Source: Eutreptiella sp. 'Long Island Sound 2002'
Lineage: Eukaryota > Protista > Euglenida
Direction of reading: 5' to 3'
DNA: 64,000 nt
Assembly: GCA_964036045.1 (NCBI GenBank)
Contig: OZ038378.1
Coordinates: 166,284,001 to 166,348,000 of the forward strand
The position numbers and the translations under genes are program-made. Positions 11,684 to 23,899 of the stretch are shown in pieces (position 1 is the first letter of the stretch; each line of letters opens with the position of its first letter). Under the pieces are notes generated by a model, which was not told the origin of the DNA, searched no databases, and saw only the letters and a list, made by a program, of their open reading frames with translations.

Positions 11684-13155
11684 TCAGGGATTCACGGTAG
11701 GTAATCGCCAGATTTCCAATGCATGTCCATTGTCTGATTTCAAAATATTTTTTAAATTTGGGTGGTCACTGCCCTCCCCTCCCGCTGCATTTGCTCTGAA
11801 TCACGAAGCAGAGCCCACATTCATCCAATTCGTACTCACCCAAGATCTCCAGACCTTCATCAACAGCAAAGGAGTCGACTGGGTCGCCAGAGCAGCAGTG
11901 CAAGTTTTGGACAGAATTGAAGAGGCGGGGGGTGGACAAAGAGGACTGGCTCAGGCAACTCAGAGAGGCCAGCGGGTTCACAAGTGATGATTCTGAGTTG
12001 CAAAAAGCAACCCATGCGCAGAGATTTGATATCCGATCTGCCGAATTGAGGCCCTTGGCTGATGGGGCTGATGGATGGCCGAGGCGAGATGTGATGTTAG
12101 TCACCCTGGACCGGAATCGGACAAAGGAACTCTCCAACTTTGTGGCAGTCGCGTTCCAGGTAGTCCTGTCGGCGGTGGACAGACTCATCCTGGCCAAAGC
12201 ATCAGCGGATGTGAGACTCAAAATGGCGATGGCTACAGTGGGGAAGTACATCGTCAGGGACATATGATTCCAACCATGTCGGAGGACCTGGGATTCACGG
12301 ATTAGGACTTTTACGAGTACTGGCAGTGTATGCCCTATACACGGACAAAGGATTTGAAATTCGCGTGGTGGGATCCAGGGCTAACGTGACATTTTTGTGG
12401 GGCGCCAAACCGATGGAAGGGGGGGGAAACCCTGATGCTGTGATGGAGAATTTGAGCAGACGGATTCAAGAATTGGAGACCAAGCAGCGAGAGCACGAAA
12501 AAGAGAAGGTGCGCCCGAAGCTGTCGGAGGAAGCGGTGGAAACCTTGCGCTCAGAGGAGGGTGTACCAAAGTGGATGGAAAAGCTCGGAGCAGCCCTCGT
12601 GCGGCTATTTAAGGACCTAGAGGGGCTGGAAGAACTGAAACCGGTCCAATTCCTCAGCAACGAGGTCGGGGCAACGATGTGGGATACAAAAGAATCCTAC
12701 GGAAAAACTACCACCAGAACTCAAAAGAACGCCAAGAGAACGGAGGAAGGAGCTCGCAGTTGCAAGGATCCAGGCCAAGGAAAAGGACAACCTGTCGGTT
12801 GAAGAGATGTTGGACAGGGGAGGAAGAAAGTACCAAGAAAAAACCAAAGCAGGGTACTTCTGGTTTGTGGAGTATGAGGGGGACAAGTTCTACATGACAA
12901 AGGAAGGCGAAGCATACAATGTAGAGAATGATCCGCAAGAAAAGTGCAGGGAGTGCGGCAAACGGCATTGGGTTTGGACCTGCGACCTGGTTTGACGGGG
13001 TGAGATCCCAGGCGGTGGAGGGGGACTGGGGTCACCAACAGTCTCAGGGAAGATCCAGGGGAGAACCGGACTTTGGAAAGAGAACCCCCTACGTCTTGCC
13101 GCAGGGGGAACAAAGCGCCACCAGCACGTTGAGGATGATGTGTCCTTCCGCATAG
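11684..13155 (+). mobile_element. YR retrotransposon family 2, 5' part (A repeat plus frameshifted gag-like ORF)
   Basis: Starts TCAGGGATTCACGGTAGG, matching 31795 and 57305. The peptide 'ARAAVQVLDRIEEAG/VDKEDWLRQLREASG' is homologous to the gag at 26085. C-terminal C-x2-C-x3-H-x4-C knuckle 'CRECGKRHWVWTC'. Confidence 0.8.
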
Positions 13156-13169
13156 GCCAAGTGCCACAC

Positions 13170-13460
13170 TCCCATAGTGCTTGGGTTGCCTCGTCACTCA
13201 TCGGGGGCGCCACCAGTTGCATCACCATACTTGGCTGATAGAGAATGCCTACCCCGCCAGGCCCGATGTCCCGCATACCGGCCCCGCTGGGGGGAAGCGG
13301 TGCACCCCACAGTGCTCGCCATCCCATTTTTTGGGCCAGCATCGTCATGGCCCTCTGTCCTGCAGCCGTGGGTCTCGTTTCCTGCACACATACGATGTCC
13401 GCCTTGCACGTCATGACCTGCCTCTAGTGTCGTCGTAGGGAGGTCACATTTGCACATTCC
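13170..13460 (-). mobile_element. LINE APE-endonuclease N-terminal fragment
   Basis: 'ANVTSL...ADIVCVQETR...GGVGILY' matches the APE motifs NVxSL, QET and GxG. Confidence 0.75.
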
Positions 13461-13699
13461 AGTTGCCGGGGCCACGGCTTCTAGTGGATGTCCCCATTAC
13501 ATTCCAAGAGCATGCACACCGGGTCGTATAGCGATGGCCACTGGGCCATGAGCAGCAGATACAAGACTCGCATACACGTCCGTGACACAGGCGTATGGTC
13601 ATGGCCACAAAGCACATTACATTGTTTCGCCGGCGCGAACCAGGCCAGCTCCGAATGTTTCCTTGACATCACCGCTTAAGACAGCCATGGAATGTTTCA

Positions 13700-13960
13700 T
13701 GGGCCGTCTGGGTTAGCCCCTCGCCTCCCATCCAGGAACCATCCTATCCGCCACCATTAGACTACTCGCTGCAAGGCGCACCTAGACACTCCCCTACACC
13801 TCTCAAAACCTATAGTAGGGTCATCATGAAGATGCCAGGACACAATACCCTGGCCATCAACTGGTCCTGCGAAGCCGTGGTGCATACAATCCACTACAGG
13901 ACCCCATCCCAGGGCCCACAACCACATGCCCCCATGGACTACACTCCTTGAACCACTTGC
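13700..13960 (-). repeat. Downstream half of an older repeat; upstream half at ~21200-21530, intact copy at ~56365-56900
   Basis: The minus strand 'AAGCAAGTGGTTCAAGGAGTG...' matches 56630 onward. Confidence 0.8.
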
Positions 13961-16900
13961 TTATTTCTTTTCGACTAACTCCAAAAGTTCAAAGAGTACT
14001 CAAGACTGTGCTTGGGAAAGTGGGCGGCTCCAGCATGTGATACAGTGGATCCGCGCAGCGCGGAGCACATGGCAAAGACCCAGAGTTCACATGCGTATAC
14101 CAGAGGCCTCTTTGATGCGGTAGGCAAAAGCGCCACGCCATATGGCACGCCTATAACGCGTAAGAGTTAAGGGGGGAGAAAAGGCACGCTGGATCACGTG
14201 TGTGCCATTCCCCATAGGTCCTCAAGGGTGACAAGCTTTCGTAGCTTTGCAGGGGTATGTCCGGTGGCGGGCGTTGGCCCAGGATGCCGGGCCTTGTGCA
14301 GCACTGGCGTTTAGGCAGAGGCGACTTCACCCGGTGGGCGGCGCGCTGAGATGCCCACAACTGGCTCATCACCGAAAAGAGCTCAACCCTTCGGTTATGC
14401 TGCTGGTAGTGCCGGTCTGCAGAGGTGGTCCACACTCTAGCACGTCGCAGAAGGGAGTGCCGGTGCCATGATTGCCGCACTAGATCATCTAGCACGTCGC
14501 GGTATGAATCCAGCAGTGAGGCCCCGAGAACGGCCACTGATGCATAAACCAAGGCTGGGACAGATATTGCATCGCCGAGGCTACGTGCTGTGCCCCTGGG
14601 TCTGCGGCAGTGGAACAGAGGCACTGGTCGAGATATTTCACTGCCCATGATCTGGTGTGGTACGATGGCGGCCGATCCCATGTGCGCACCGCTCTGCGGT
14701 GGGATGCCTCTTGAGAGGCGCGGCCATCCCGCCGCGATGTTCTCTCCCAGGCCCCTGTATACCCTACTTGATTGCGGAGGACAGAGTCCGTGGGGTTCGG
14801 TCGTACGACTCGTTGGCGCAGCTCTGTGTACCACGCCGCCACCGCTGTGGACAGCATGGGCGGCACCTGTGGGTCGCGCGGGGGGCATGGTGAGTTGGCC
14901 GCGCAGCTGGCATCCACCATGTAGGGCGTGGTACTGGTGCCAGGCCACACGCTCCCTGGGGTCTACTCGCCATGCTCTTGGGATGTGGTCCCATAGCGAT
15001 TGTGGTATGTGAAGGCAGGAAACATGGTGTAGGTCCGCCGCCGACGCCGTGTTCCACCATTCAGTTACCAGAGCTTGCCACGGTCCCCCGGTGCTAAGCC
15101 ACATGTTGCGAAATGTGACTTTTGCAACGCATGCAGTGTATGAGGCGTTCGTGAACAGTGGTATCGTGATGGAGCGGACATAGGGGGCATCTGGGGGTGG
15201 TATTGGCCCACGGCGCGCCCGTCCCATCCCATTGTACCTGGCCCCGGGGCCATTTAACCCAGAGCATACGTCGGTCCCACGCATTGGCAGCCATGATACC
15301 GAGTGCGCACCGCCAAAAGTGACAACACACCTCCGCCAGAGGATCCATTTCCGCGCCGCAGTGGTGGTGGGCCCGCCGCGTATTGCAATATCTTCGGGGC
15401 GTCCGGGATGGTAATCCAGCACGGGTAGGCACGTGGCCATCTTGGCGAGCAGGTCTACTTCTCCATTACGCCGAATTTGTTCGTTTTCTTGCGCGTTGCG
15501 CGCCTCTGTCTGAAGGCGGTGGCTGGCGATCCACTCCGCGGCGACGCGTTTGTGTTGCACCTGGTCGCACACTTTGTGGTGGATGTTGGCGTCGGAACAT
15601 TCGTGCATGGGTCGGCGGTGAGCGCATTTTTTGACGGCCATGTTGTTGATATATTGAGTGTCACCGTCGGATGCCATGGCTGCTCCAATGGCTGCTCCGT
15701 ACATTTCAGCCCTGTAGGACTGCCATAGGCCCGCCACCCGGGCAAGGATGCGAAGAGGCCCTGTTGTCACTGCTGCGCCTGCCGCCCAGTATTCCGAGCC
15801 CGCAATCTCAAGTGTTGGCGGTTGCTGGTTTGAGTAGCACGGTATGCCTGCGATGGTGACAGGGTGGTATCCCGCGGAACCTTGCCCGCCAAGGGGTCTT
15901 CGTGGTACCGGTGTGGGGCAATGTGGTGGCGTGTGTGGAGGGCATCCCCCACCTGTTCTTTGTAGGCTGACAGGAGGACGCCGTCATGGGAGCTTTCGCT
16001 GTCGATGAGGCCGCGCGCCCCGGCCCGCCGCGGCGGAAGTGCTATGTGAAGTGCGGTGCGAGCACCCAGCTGGGCGAGTATAGCCAGGTAGTTGCAGATA
16101 GGCACCGCTGGGGAGGGTAGTTCTTTGTTGAGGTCGCAGCCAATGGATCCCGGACGTGAGCGTAACGTGTTCTGTACCATTGTGATGAATCATGCCATGT
16201 GGGCCAAGAAAAGCTGGTGCAACCCCATTTCGCCCGGGCGGTGAGGGGAAGTGACATGAAGGACGTTGTATGATTTGTGAACGTCAACCTTTTTGAGTTC
16301 CATACCCTCCGCCATAAGCATGAACCGCAAGCACATGGTGTCCATGGCTTTGAACATGGAGTCGTTGGGGAGAAACAAGGTGCGATATGTCCACTGTGGG
16401 ATCAAGACGTTGTTCAGCAGCTGTACCAGCTCGTAAGCGTTCAGCGGCAGGTATTAGTGTCGCGCCAGATCAGCGGCTATCACGTGCCTTTTGTTCCCAG
16501 GTCGCATGTGCCAGGTGGTGACCAAGGTAGTGGAAGATAGGGGGCTGCAGCGGCAGTTGCGCATCACCCCACGTGAGGGTGTCCCTGGTTGGGGACTCTC
16601 TTCGCGCCACACCTTGACGGCAGGAGGTGGAGCCCAACGGTAAACTTGTGTCTTTGAAGGCTTCGTCTTGAGGCCCAGTATGGCAGACAACTGACTGACA
16701 CGCTCCAGGACGCGTTGCATCTCACGTTGGTTCGGGGAAATGATGGCAATGTCTTCAACATAGGCCAGTATGGTGCTGTTGGGGAAGGAAGTAAGCACTC
16801 ATACACCAAAACAAAAAGGGCTGGGGACAGGGGGCACCCCTCCTTGATGCCACGGTGCACCGGAAAAAGGACGTCTCCATACACCCCCGTGCTGTGTGCA

Positions 16901-19250
16901 TAGATGCTGGCCACCATTTTGTAGATGCGAGCCGGGGTTCTAATCTGCCGGAGTCCGTAGGTGAGGCACTCATGGGGCATGTTGGGGTAAGCCTTTGCGA
17001 TTTTCAGGAGGCATACCAGCGCTCCGTCCCCGTATTGGTGTAAAAGCATCGACATGCGGAGGGCTTGTTGTGAGGTGGTATAGCCTCGCCTACATCGTGC
17101 TTGGGCTTCGGAGAATGCTGCGTCGATGGGCCCTCGCAGGGTGTCCAATATGAGGCGGGCCAGAATGGAGTACATCCCCGTGGCTACGCGGATGGGCCAG
17201 TTGCTGCGGGCCGCCTCAGGGGGGGCACACTTGTAGATCATGGTTTTTCTGGCCCGCAGCCAGTGCTGCGGCATCTGCCGTTTTCCCACACATGGCGCAC
17301 CGCTATGTAATATTTTCTTTGTAGTTCCCTAGGTAACCAATGGTACAGGTGTGGCGCCACGTAGTCCATGCCTGCCGCCTTGTTCTTGGGTTGGCGTAGC
17401 GCTTTTGTGAAAGATTGTCATGAGGGAGGATCGGGGCTTACTGGTCGTCCTGGTTTTAGGACTTGTGATAGAAGAGCCTTGGCCTCTTCCGGTCTCCATG
17501 GTGGGTCTCCCGCAAAGTGCGGAAGATGGTCCGCGGCCGAGGTAGTGTCTGGTTGCAGGCTGGTCGTGCGGAAGGGGGTGATCAGCCACCACTTCAGGGC
17601 ATTGTAGAAAGTAGAGCGGCCGTGTACCGTTTCGCAAGCGTCTCAGGTGTCGTTGGGCCCATTTCATGTTATTGGTCGCCTTGTGGTGTGCCTAAGCCTG
17701 CTGGGCCCTCTTGGAGGTAGGGTTGCGGTGCAACTCGTCCGCCAGCTGTTGTTCAACCGCGTCGTGAACTGGCTGTGGGCGGGGGTGTACTTGTACAAAG
17801 CTGGACACTGCAGCAATGATGGCGTCCGCCCTATCCAGCGGGTGCATGATGTGATCTTGGTTAGTCTAGTGTGCTTTGGACCATTGGGACATGTGGCGCG
17901 AAAACTTGGGGAATAACGAGGAGGGCGAGTGCGACACGTTGCCAATGACCGGCGGCCGCGGCCGGTTCATCACTGTGACTGAGACCGCTTTGTGGTCACC
18001 CGTGTTCATGTCGCCCTCAGGCCCGGATGCCGACACTGGCCTGCAGCAACATGTGCCCACAGTCTACAGCATGCTGGCCCACAGCCTTCCCTCCAGGCAG
18101 ATGTCGGAGAAGCTCTTGCCGCCATCGTGTGTGGACGCCGACGCTGCCCTGCATCAGTGCATGCCCCACAACCCCAGGACCGGCTCTTCCCGTCCCTCCA
18201 GGCACATACCGCAGATGTACGTGTTGCCCCCGGGTCAGGACGTTGACAGCAGCAGGTGGTGCCTCACAGCCTCAAGGTCGACTCCCCCCGTCTCTCCAGG
18301 TAGATGTCCAAGATGTTCATGCTCACAGACCAGCTTGACTACGCGACTTTCCATGTGTTGTCTCAAAAGGGCACCGAGAGCACTCCCCACCGCCGACGTC
18401 CTACGGGCCTCCGCCCCCCAACGGGGGGCCATCCCTGTGGGCATCGGCCCATATATGGGCAGCGTGGAGGCCGACCAAAGACAAGACTACGTCTGCGCCC
18501 CTGGAGGGTCGGACTGGTAAGTGCTTCAGCTCTGTGGATACAGGGTTCCGAGGGACCCCATATGAAGGAGAGAGCTCACATGTTGCTCTAGATATTGCTG
18601 TCCCCGATCTCGGTGGGAGGCCCTCCGAAGCAGTAGGTCAACGCCTCGCACGGATAGTGGGCCGCAATCACATCCCACTGCCCCAGCCCACCCCGGGTAT
18701 TGTTGTCCCTGATCTTGTTGACAGCCCCTCCGGAGCAGTATGCCAACGCCTAATTGCCGGATCTGGGCATCCTTATGGGAGACTTTAACGATTGTGTGTG
18801 TGGGACGCCCTTCCCAGCCAACCAAATACTGGCACTCGCTCCTCGAATCCGGACCCTTGCTGGAACCGAGGATGGCACATGCACCAAATGTTGACCCTCG
18901 AAATCTTGCCACACATTGCCCGGGCCGCCGCTTGGACGCTGTCCTGTTTTCTCCCACGGCATGGGACATTCACGCCCCCATCTCTGCGGACACCATCGAT
19001 TTTCCCCAGGACCTCCAACTGACGGGAGGGCGGCAGGCATGGTCACAGTGCTGGGGGAGGACTAGGTCTCGCAGGCAACGGTCGTACTGTCCGCATCAAA
19101 TGCATGAGCAGTGGGGAAGGCCCAGCTCTTAGCAGGCCCTCCAGCTCCAAGCGCTAGTTGGAGCAAGCAGGTTCCATTCATACCATTCGCGGCGGATGGG
19201 TCGGCGACGGGGGAGGAGCGGGGCTCCCCGCTGCATGGTAGGTGGTGAAG
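13961..19250 (-). mobile_element. Near full-length degenerate non-LTR retrotransposon (APE-RT LINE)
   Basis: APE C-terminal 'GDHKAVSVTV' (~17990). RT motifs 'NWPIRVA', 'LLKIAKAYPNMPHE', 'RGIKEGCPLSPALF' and 'AYVEDI' (16454-17289). The 3' end ...TCTTGAGTACTCTTTGAAC...GTCGAAAAGAAA is shared with the copies at 44666 and 57943. The 5' boundary is approximate. Confidence 0.9.
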
Positions 19251-21140
19251 GTGGCGGGGCCGCGGCTCGACCGGTGTTGCCCGATTTGCGGTCGCTGCGG
19301 TAGTCACCAATCAGGTATGCAGGGGCGGAGGCAACAAAGACCGGGTCCGTCTGCATCTGCTTCAGAGAGTCGATGGTGGCAAGACAGCTGTAGTCATCAG
19401 GGTACTCACCAGTCAGGTAGTCGGGCGTGCAGGCATCGAGGGATGGGCATGACAACTTGTTGTGCTCAGTTCTGTACTAAGCAGTCAAGTTGTCAGAGAC
19501 ACTGCCAGAGGCGGCGAACATGGCCGCGGGGGAAGGAACGACCTAGCCCATCAACGCAAGAGACAGATCGTTGGTGCCAAATGTGTCAGCAGCAACGTGG
19601 GCAGCCTAGTTCTCAACTGGACCCTCACTGGTCACGATGGTCTGGGCGAAGTAGCCCAACATGGACAACATGGCCAAATGCTCGTTCTTGATCTCCTTGA
19701 CCTTCAACTCGGCGAAAGTGTCAGGATCATAAGCCAGTCCCAGAGGGTCGAAGGCTTCATCAGGCAGCAAATCAAGATCCTCATTGGCGGGGCCAGCTTG
19801 GTTGGTACGGTAGGACTCAACAGCACCCATCACCAACACCTGGAAGGCCAAGATTGTAAGGATGGACTTGGCATGGAGTTAAGACCACCATCTTGGGGGA
19901 TCTGAGCAGCAGCCTAGAACTTGATAGGTCCGTCGAATTGGTCCCCGGAGTACTTGACCAGGATCTCAGGCGTCAAGCAGCCCAAGGTTCCCAACGTAGC
20001 CCCACGGGCGTGGATCAACTGAGCCTCACGATACCTAGGGGGGGAAATAAAAGCGATCCGCTTTTTTCCGCATTTTCCCGCATTTTTTCCCGCATTTTCT
20101 CCCCTGCCAGGTCTTTGCTTACCAAAGAGGAGATGCATTGTACGTTTGTGCTTGTTTACTGGCTCCATCCACTCTTTGACTGGTAGTATTCGGTTTCCCT
20201 GTGTATGAGTTGCAATTCCCTCTCCTCTTAGACGCCATGATTGGATAGGATTGGAGGGGAAAACATTCCCAATGTGCAAGAGCAATGGAACATCTATACA
20301 CGTACAGAGCAACGTGATATTGCCAATGGTGAGGCACTTGTGGAATGGTGGGAGGGGCGTCCTGAGTCAGAATTTCGTGAACTTGTCCTCTTTCTGATCC
20401 TCACCCCCACTTCAAGTGGTGCCGTGGACCACTTTTTTTCCATGACATGCACCGTGACTGCAGCTCAGAATGCACTCTCACACAACATCCGGCGCATGCG
20501 GTTTATGGCTCAATTCAATGGTGATACTGAGGATCGTTTGGTTTAAGACACTTCTTGACCCTCTCCTCACACTCCTGAGACTTCCTGACACTCTCTTGGC
20601 ACCAGACTTGCATCGCTTGCAGGTCCATGTTTGAAGTCCGGCAATGTTTTGATCGGATTCTTGTGTGCATTTGTCTTCTTGAGGCAGGCGTTGTTTGTGC
20701 ATTAAAAAATAAATTTCCCATCAGTGTGTTTGGGGCCTGGGACCAAGATCCTGGTCACTAGGAAGCTGTGTTGCTGAAAAACCACATGCAATGCAACAAG
20801 TAGTTGTGTTCGGCTCATCGCTTTTTTTCGCTGCATTTTTCCGCATTTTCCCCCGCACTTTTCCACATTTTTTCATTTTCCGTTTCACCCCCCCCCCCCC
20901 GGATACCGCTCAAGGGTGGTTGGGTCAACACCCAAATCAGCGTTGTCCCAACCGTAGTCATCAGGGTGCCCGCCAATCAGGTAGGTAGGAGTGGAGCGCT
21001 CAGAGAATGGGCCCAACCACTTGTTGCGGTCAGGGCCGTAACAGGCAGACAACTCGGTAGCCTTGCGGCCATAGGCGGTGAACATGGCCACAGGGGATCG
21101 AGCGAATTGGGCGAAGTAGGCGGAGGTCAGCATCGAGGCT
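19250..21140 (-). pseudogene. Lhcbm: Intronless, truncated LHCII (chlorophyll a/b-binding) polyprotein pseudogene of euglenid type, interrupted by a hAT element
   Basis: 'SPVAMFTAYGRK..YGPDRNKWLGPFS..PTYL.G..P.DYGWD...LERY|REAQLIHAR.A.LGTLGCLTPE' and '[13 protein letters not shown]...[46 protein letters not shown]'. A second linker 'PSPAAMFAASG' and the start of the next unit follow. Stops and frameshifts are present. Confidence 0.93.
20036..20901 (+). mobile_element. Internally deleted hAT DNA transposon
   Basis: ORF 20241-20546 carries the hAT dimerisation-type motif 'EWWEG...FRELVLFLILTPTSSGAVDHFFS'. Ends are TAGGGGGGGAAA and TTTCACCCC...G, with subterminal TTTTCCGCATT-like repeats. GATACC is duplicated at 20030-20035 and 20902-20907. 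Confidence 0.85.
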
Positions 21141-21199
21141 GGAACTGGGACTGGGGCTGGCTCTAGGGCTGGGACTCGGGTCTAGGGCTGGCTGAGCCC

Positions 21200-21530
21200 G
21201 GACTTACTGCCCGTCCTTCTAGGGGCGTGGCCGTTGCGAAGGACTTAGCTTGGCCAGACCACACCCTATGACATGCATGCACATTCTCTTTGTGGTCCAC
21301 CTGCAGTCACAGATCCGGAAAATGCACGGTTGGCACCCTAAAGACCGACGGAAGCAGCCTGCGCAACCTCTGCTCAGTCGTTGGCTGTCGCAGCTTGATC
21401 CGAACATAGCTGGCAGCTCGCGACTCGAGTTCCAGTGGGACGAGGTACGAGGTAAAACCCACCAAAACAACAAACGCAGCGCGCTCCACATCAACTATCG
21501 TGCACTGTGCCTTGTGCTCATGTTTCTTCA
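21200..21530 (-). repeat. Upstream half of the older repeat that is intact at ~56365-56900
   Basis: 'AFVVLVGF...LVPLELESR...RLRQ..TEQRL..VHFPDL..QVDHKENVHAC.RVWSG' is shared with ORF 56117-56599. Confidence 0.8.
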
Positions 21531-22559
21531 TTTTGCGAGGGCGCATGTGGGTGTTTGCAACCCGTTGACAGTGACTTGCACGGCCAGAGGACTCGCCTCA
21601 AAACTATATTGCTGCAGCAAATAAGCACGATCCTCCCAAACCCCGCCACCCAATACGTACTTCCTACTGCAACACACTAAAACAAAGCGGCGGCTCCGTG
21701 GCCAGCCGACCGCGGTTCAAACTCGTGACTTGTGTCCCGTGCATGCTGTGTGTTTCCGGTATGCCAGGTCGCCGTCATCATAGTGACGGTCACACAAACC
21801 ACCCATGCTTAAAATGTCTCCAACATACCTGTGTCACCACACCGGGACCCGTCCGCATGCCAAAGGCAACGCCAGTCCCATCGGCTCCCGCGGACGTGGC
21901 CTCCAAACCGGAGAGCATTGTGACGTGAGCGTCCTGCGCGTTGCACCTATGGTCTCGTACCTTAAAACCAACTGTTGTGCTCGGCGTACACACACCCGGC
22001 TCCATCCGAGTGACATGTGTAACCACCTTCAAAATAATGTTCTACCCAAAAAGAATCTCCTTCCGATGGAGAATACCTCACATTAGGCAAGCACTCAGGA
22101 CCTCCCTCCACCAAACGCCCCTACCCAAGAACGACGTCCCCTCCAGATGGGAACACAAGGTACGGTCGACGAGAGGGCTACATTCATCGACCACAACACA
22201 AGTCCAACTAGTTACATGCCCCCAGGATTCGAAAATCCCACCCTGGCGGCATGCGACCCACTACGATAGGTACCTCTATGAAACCCCTTAGGCTCCGGCA
22301 ATCACCACAAAACACACTAGGAAGAGGCTGGACGTTTGGGGCATCCCCATCCCCATTAGGGTTCGAACCTGCGCTTGGGGGAACTGGGCGCCCACTGCAT
22401 TACCTCTATACTTACCTCTGACGATGCACTGACAAACAACTGCGTTGCCGAGTTACGGGCCCAAAAGCCGTCTTGCCCTTTTGCGCGACCCCTCCTCGCC
22501 ATTGACATCCGTGCTAGGTACACACACTGTTCCCTCACTGTCCTCATATCCCAATAGCA

Positions 22560-23039
22560 ACTCTGCATACATAGCGCTACTCTATAAATCCTTCCGCAGT
22601 TAGGAGGCCCCAGCGGAGCCGCTGGTGGCAAGGTCTCACAACGCACCATCGCCCCACATGACCTTAAAGTCCTCCCTCCCAATTGACGACGACTTCCCAT
22701 CATTGCCGGACGACGAACAGCCCCGCGATATCGTGCTATCCCTGCCGGAGTCACTGCAATTCCGAACGTGTACCAGCCCACTGTGCACAACCCCCCACAA
22801 CGGGCTTTGGCACATTCCCTCTGCCGCCAAGCCATTCGCTATCTTATTACCCTCTGGCCCTACATGTGAAGGCGCCCACAACCACTGTAATCTCGGACCC
22901 AGTTCCTCTATCAATTCCAACAACTCCACCCACAAATGAACATTCGATTGTAGTCCATTAATACCCATCCATCCCTGTGCCCTCCACTTCACCGCTTTAC
23001 CCGTGGCCCCCAAATACACATACTCTAAGGTTGTTACCA

Positions 23040-23072
<33 letters not shown>

Positions 23073-23600
23073 GTGTCAAAACTGTATTGAACAACTTCAG
23101 TCATGCAATGACCGCTAGTAGCTCAGCCGTGTCATTTGTTTGGCGTTCCTCACCATCTACCGGAACTGCAACACGGACTTCCTAGCATTGTTCCCTTGCC
23201 AGAACATAGACCCCCAACCCCCCCCCCCCCCCAACTGCGGGATTCGTCCTTGACTAGTCCGTTTTGACGAGCCGTCTATATAGACCAGAACCACCCCCTG
23301 TTGTACGAGTGATTCACTGGACTGCATAGACATTTGGACACCGTGGGGGCCGCGGGGGCGGGTCCCCTGCAAAATCCACACTTAGTGCTGCACCAGCGCC
23401 CCCCATCCCATCCCATGTTGCATGTGCATTGTATATGTGATCCAATATGGACCTATGTTTCAAAAAGCATTTCTGCTGCTTCGGGGCCTGCTGCAGGATG
23501 TCCTCCAACCGTATCCGTATTATGTTTGTAATCCATTTTTGGATTACCGACCGCAATGCAATGGGCCGGAGCATTGCTGTTTGTGGTGGAAATGGGCTAC
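22560..23600 (-). mobile_element. Second LINE family: RT and RNase H1-type fragments
   Basis: RT 'LRPIALRSVIQKWIT...QQKCFLKHRSILDHI...LSVDF'. RNase H 'VYIDGSS' and 'KWRAQGW...SNVHLWVEL...WLWAPSHVGPEGNKIANGLA'. Confidence 0.85.
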
Positions 23601-23899
23601 CACTACCTTAACTACAGAATTTCCATGCGATAGCTCTGCCACAACCAACCTGCGCGAAATAATGTTAAATGATAATAAATTCCACTCGCGGTCTTCCAAA
23701 TAAGGCCCAATCCCCCCCTGCCTACCGGTTGACTGTTCCCTTGAAGGAAAAACGCAACTTGCTTAGGTCGCGAGCACATCGATCAACATCTGTGGAAGAG
23801 GAGAGCTGTGGTCCCTGGATTCCAATGATATCCAAGCATTCTGACCTCGTATATTGTGCAATCATCCACAATCGCGCCACTTTACGTTTTCCGCTGCGC

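Noticed and set aside
15080-15180. RNase H call for 'LFTNASY' in the LINE ORF 14151-15770
   Set aside because: The catalytic Asp is absent and no downstream E/D/D motifs were found.
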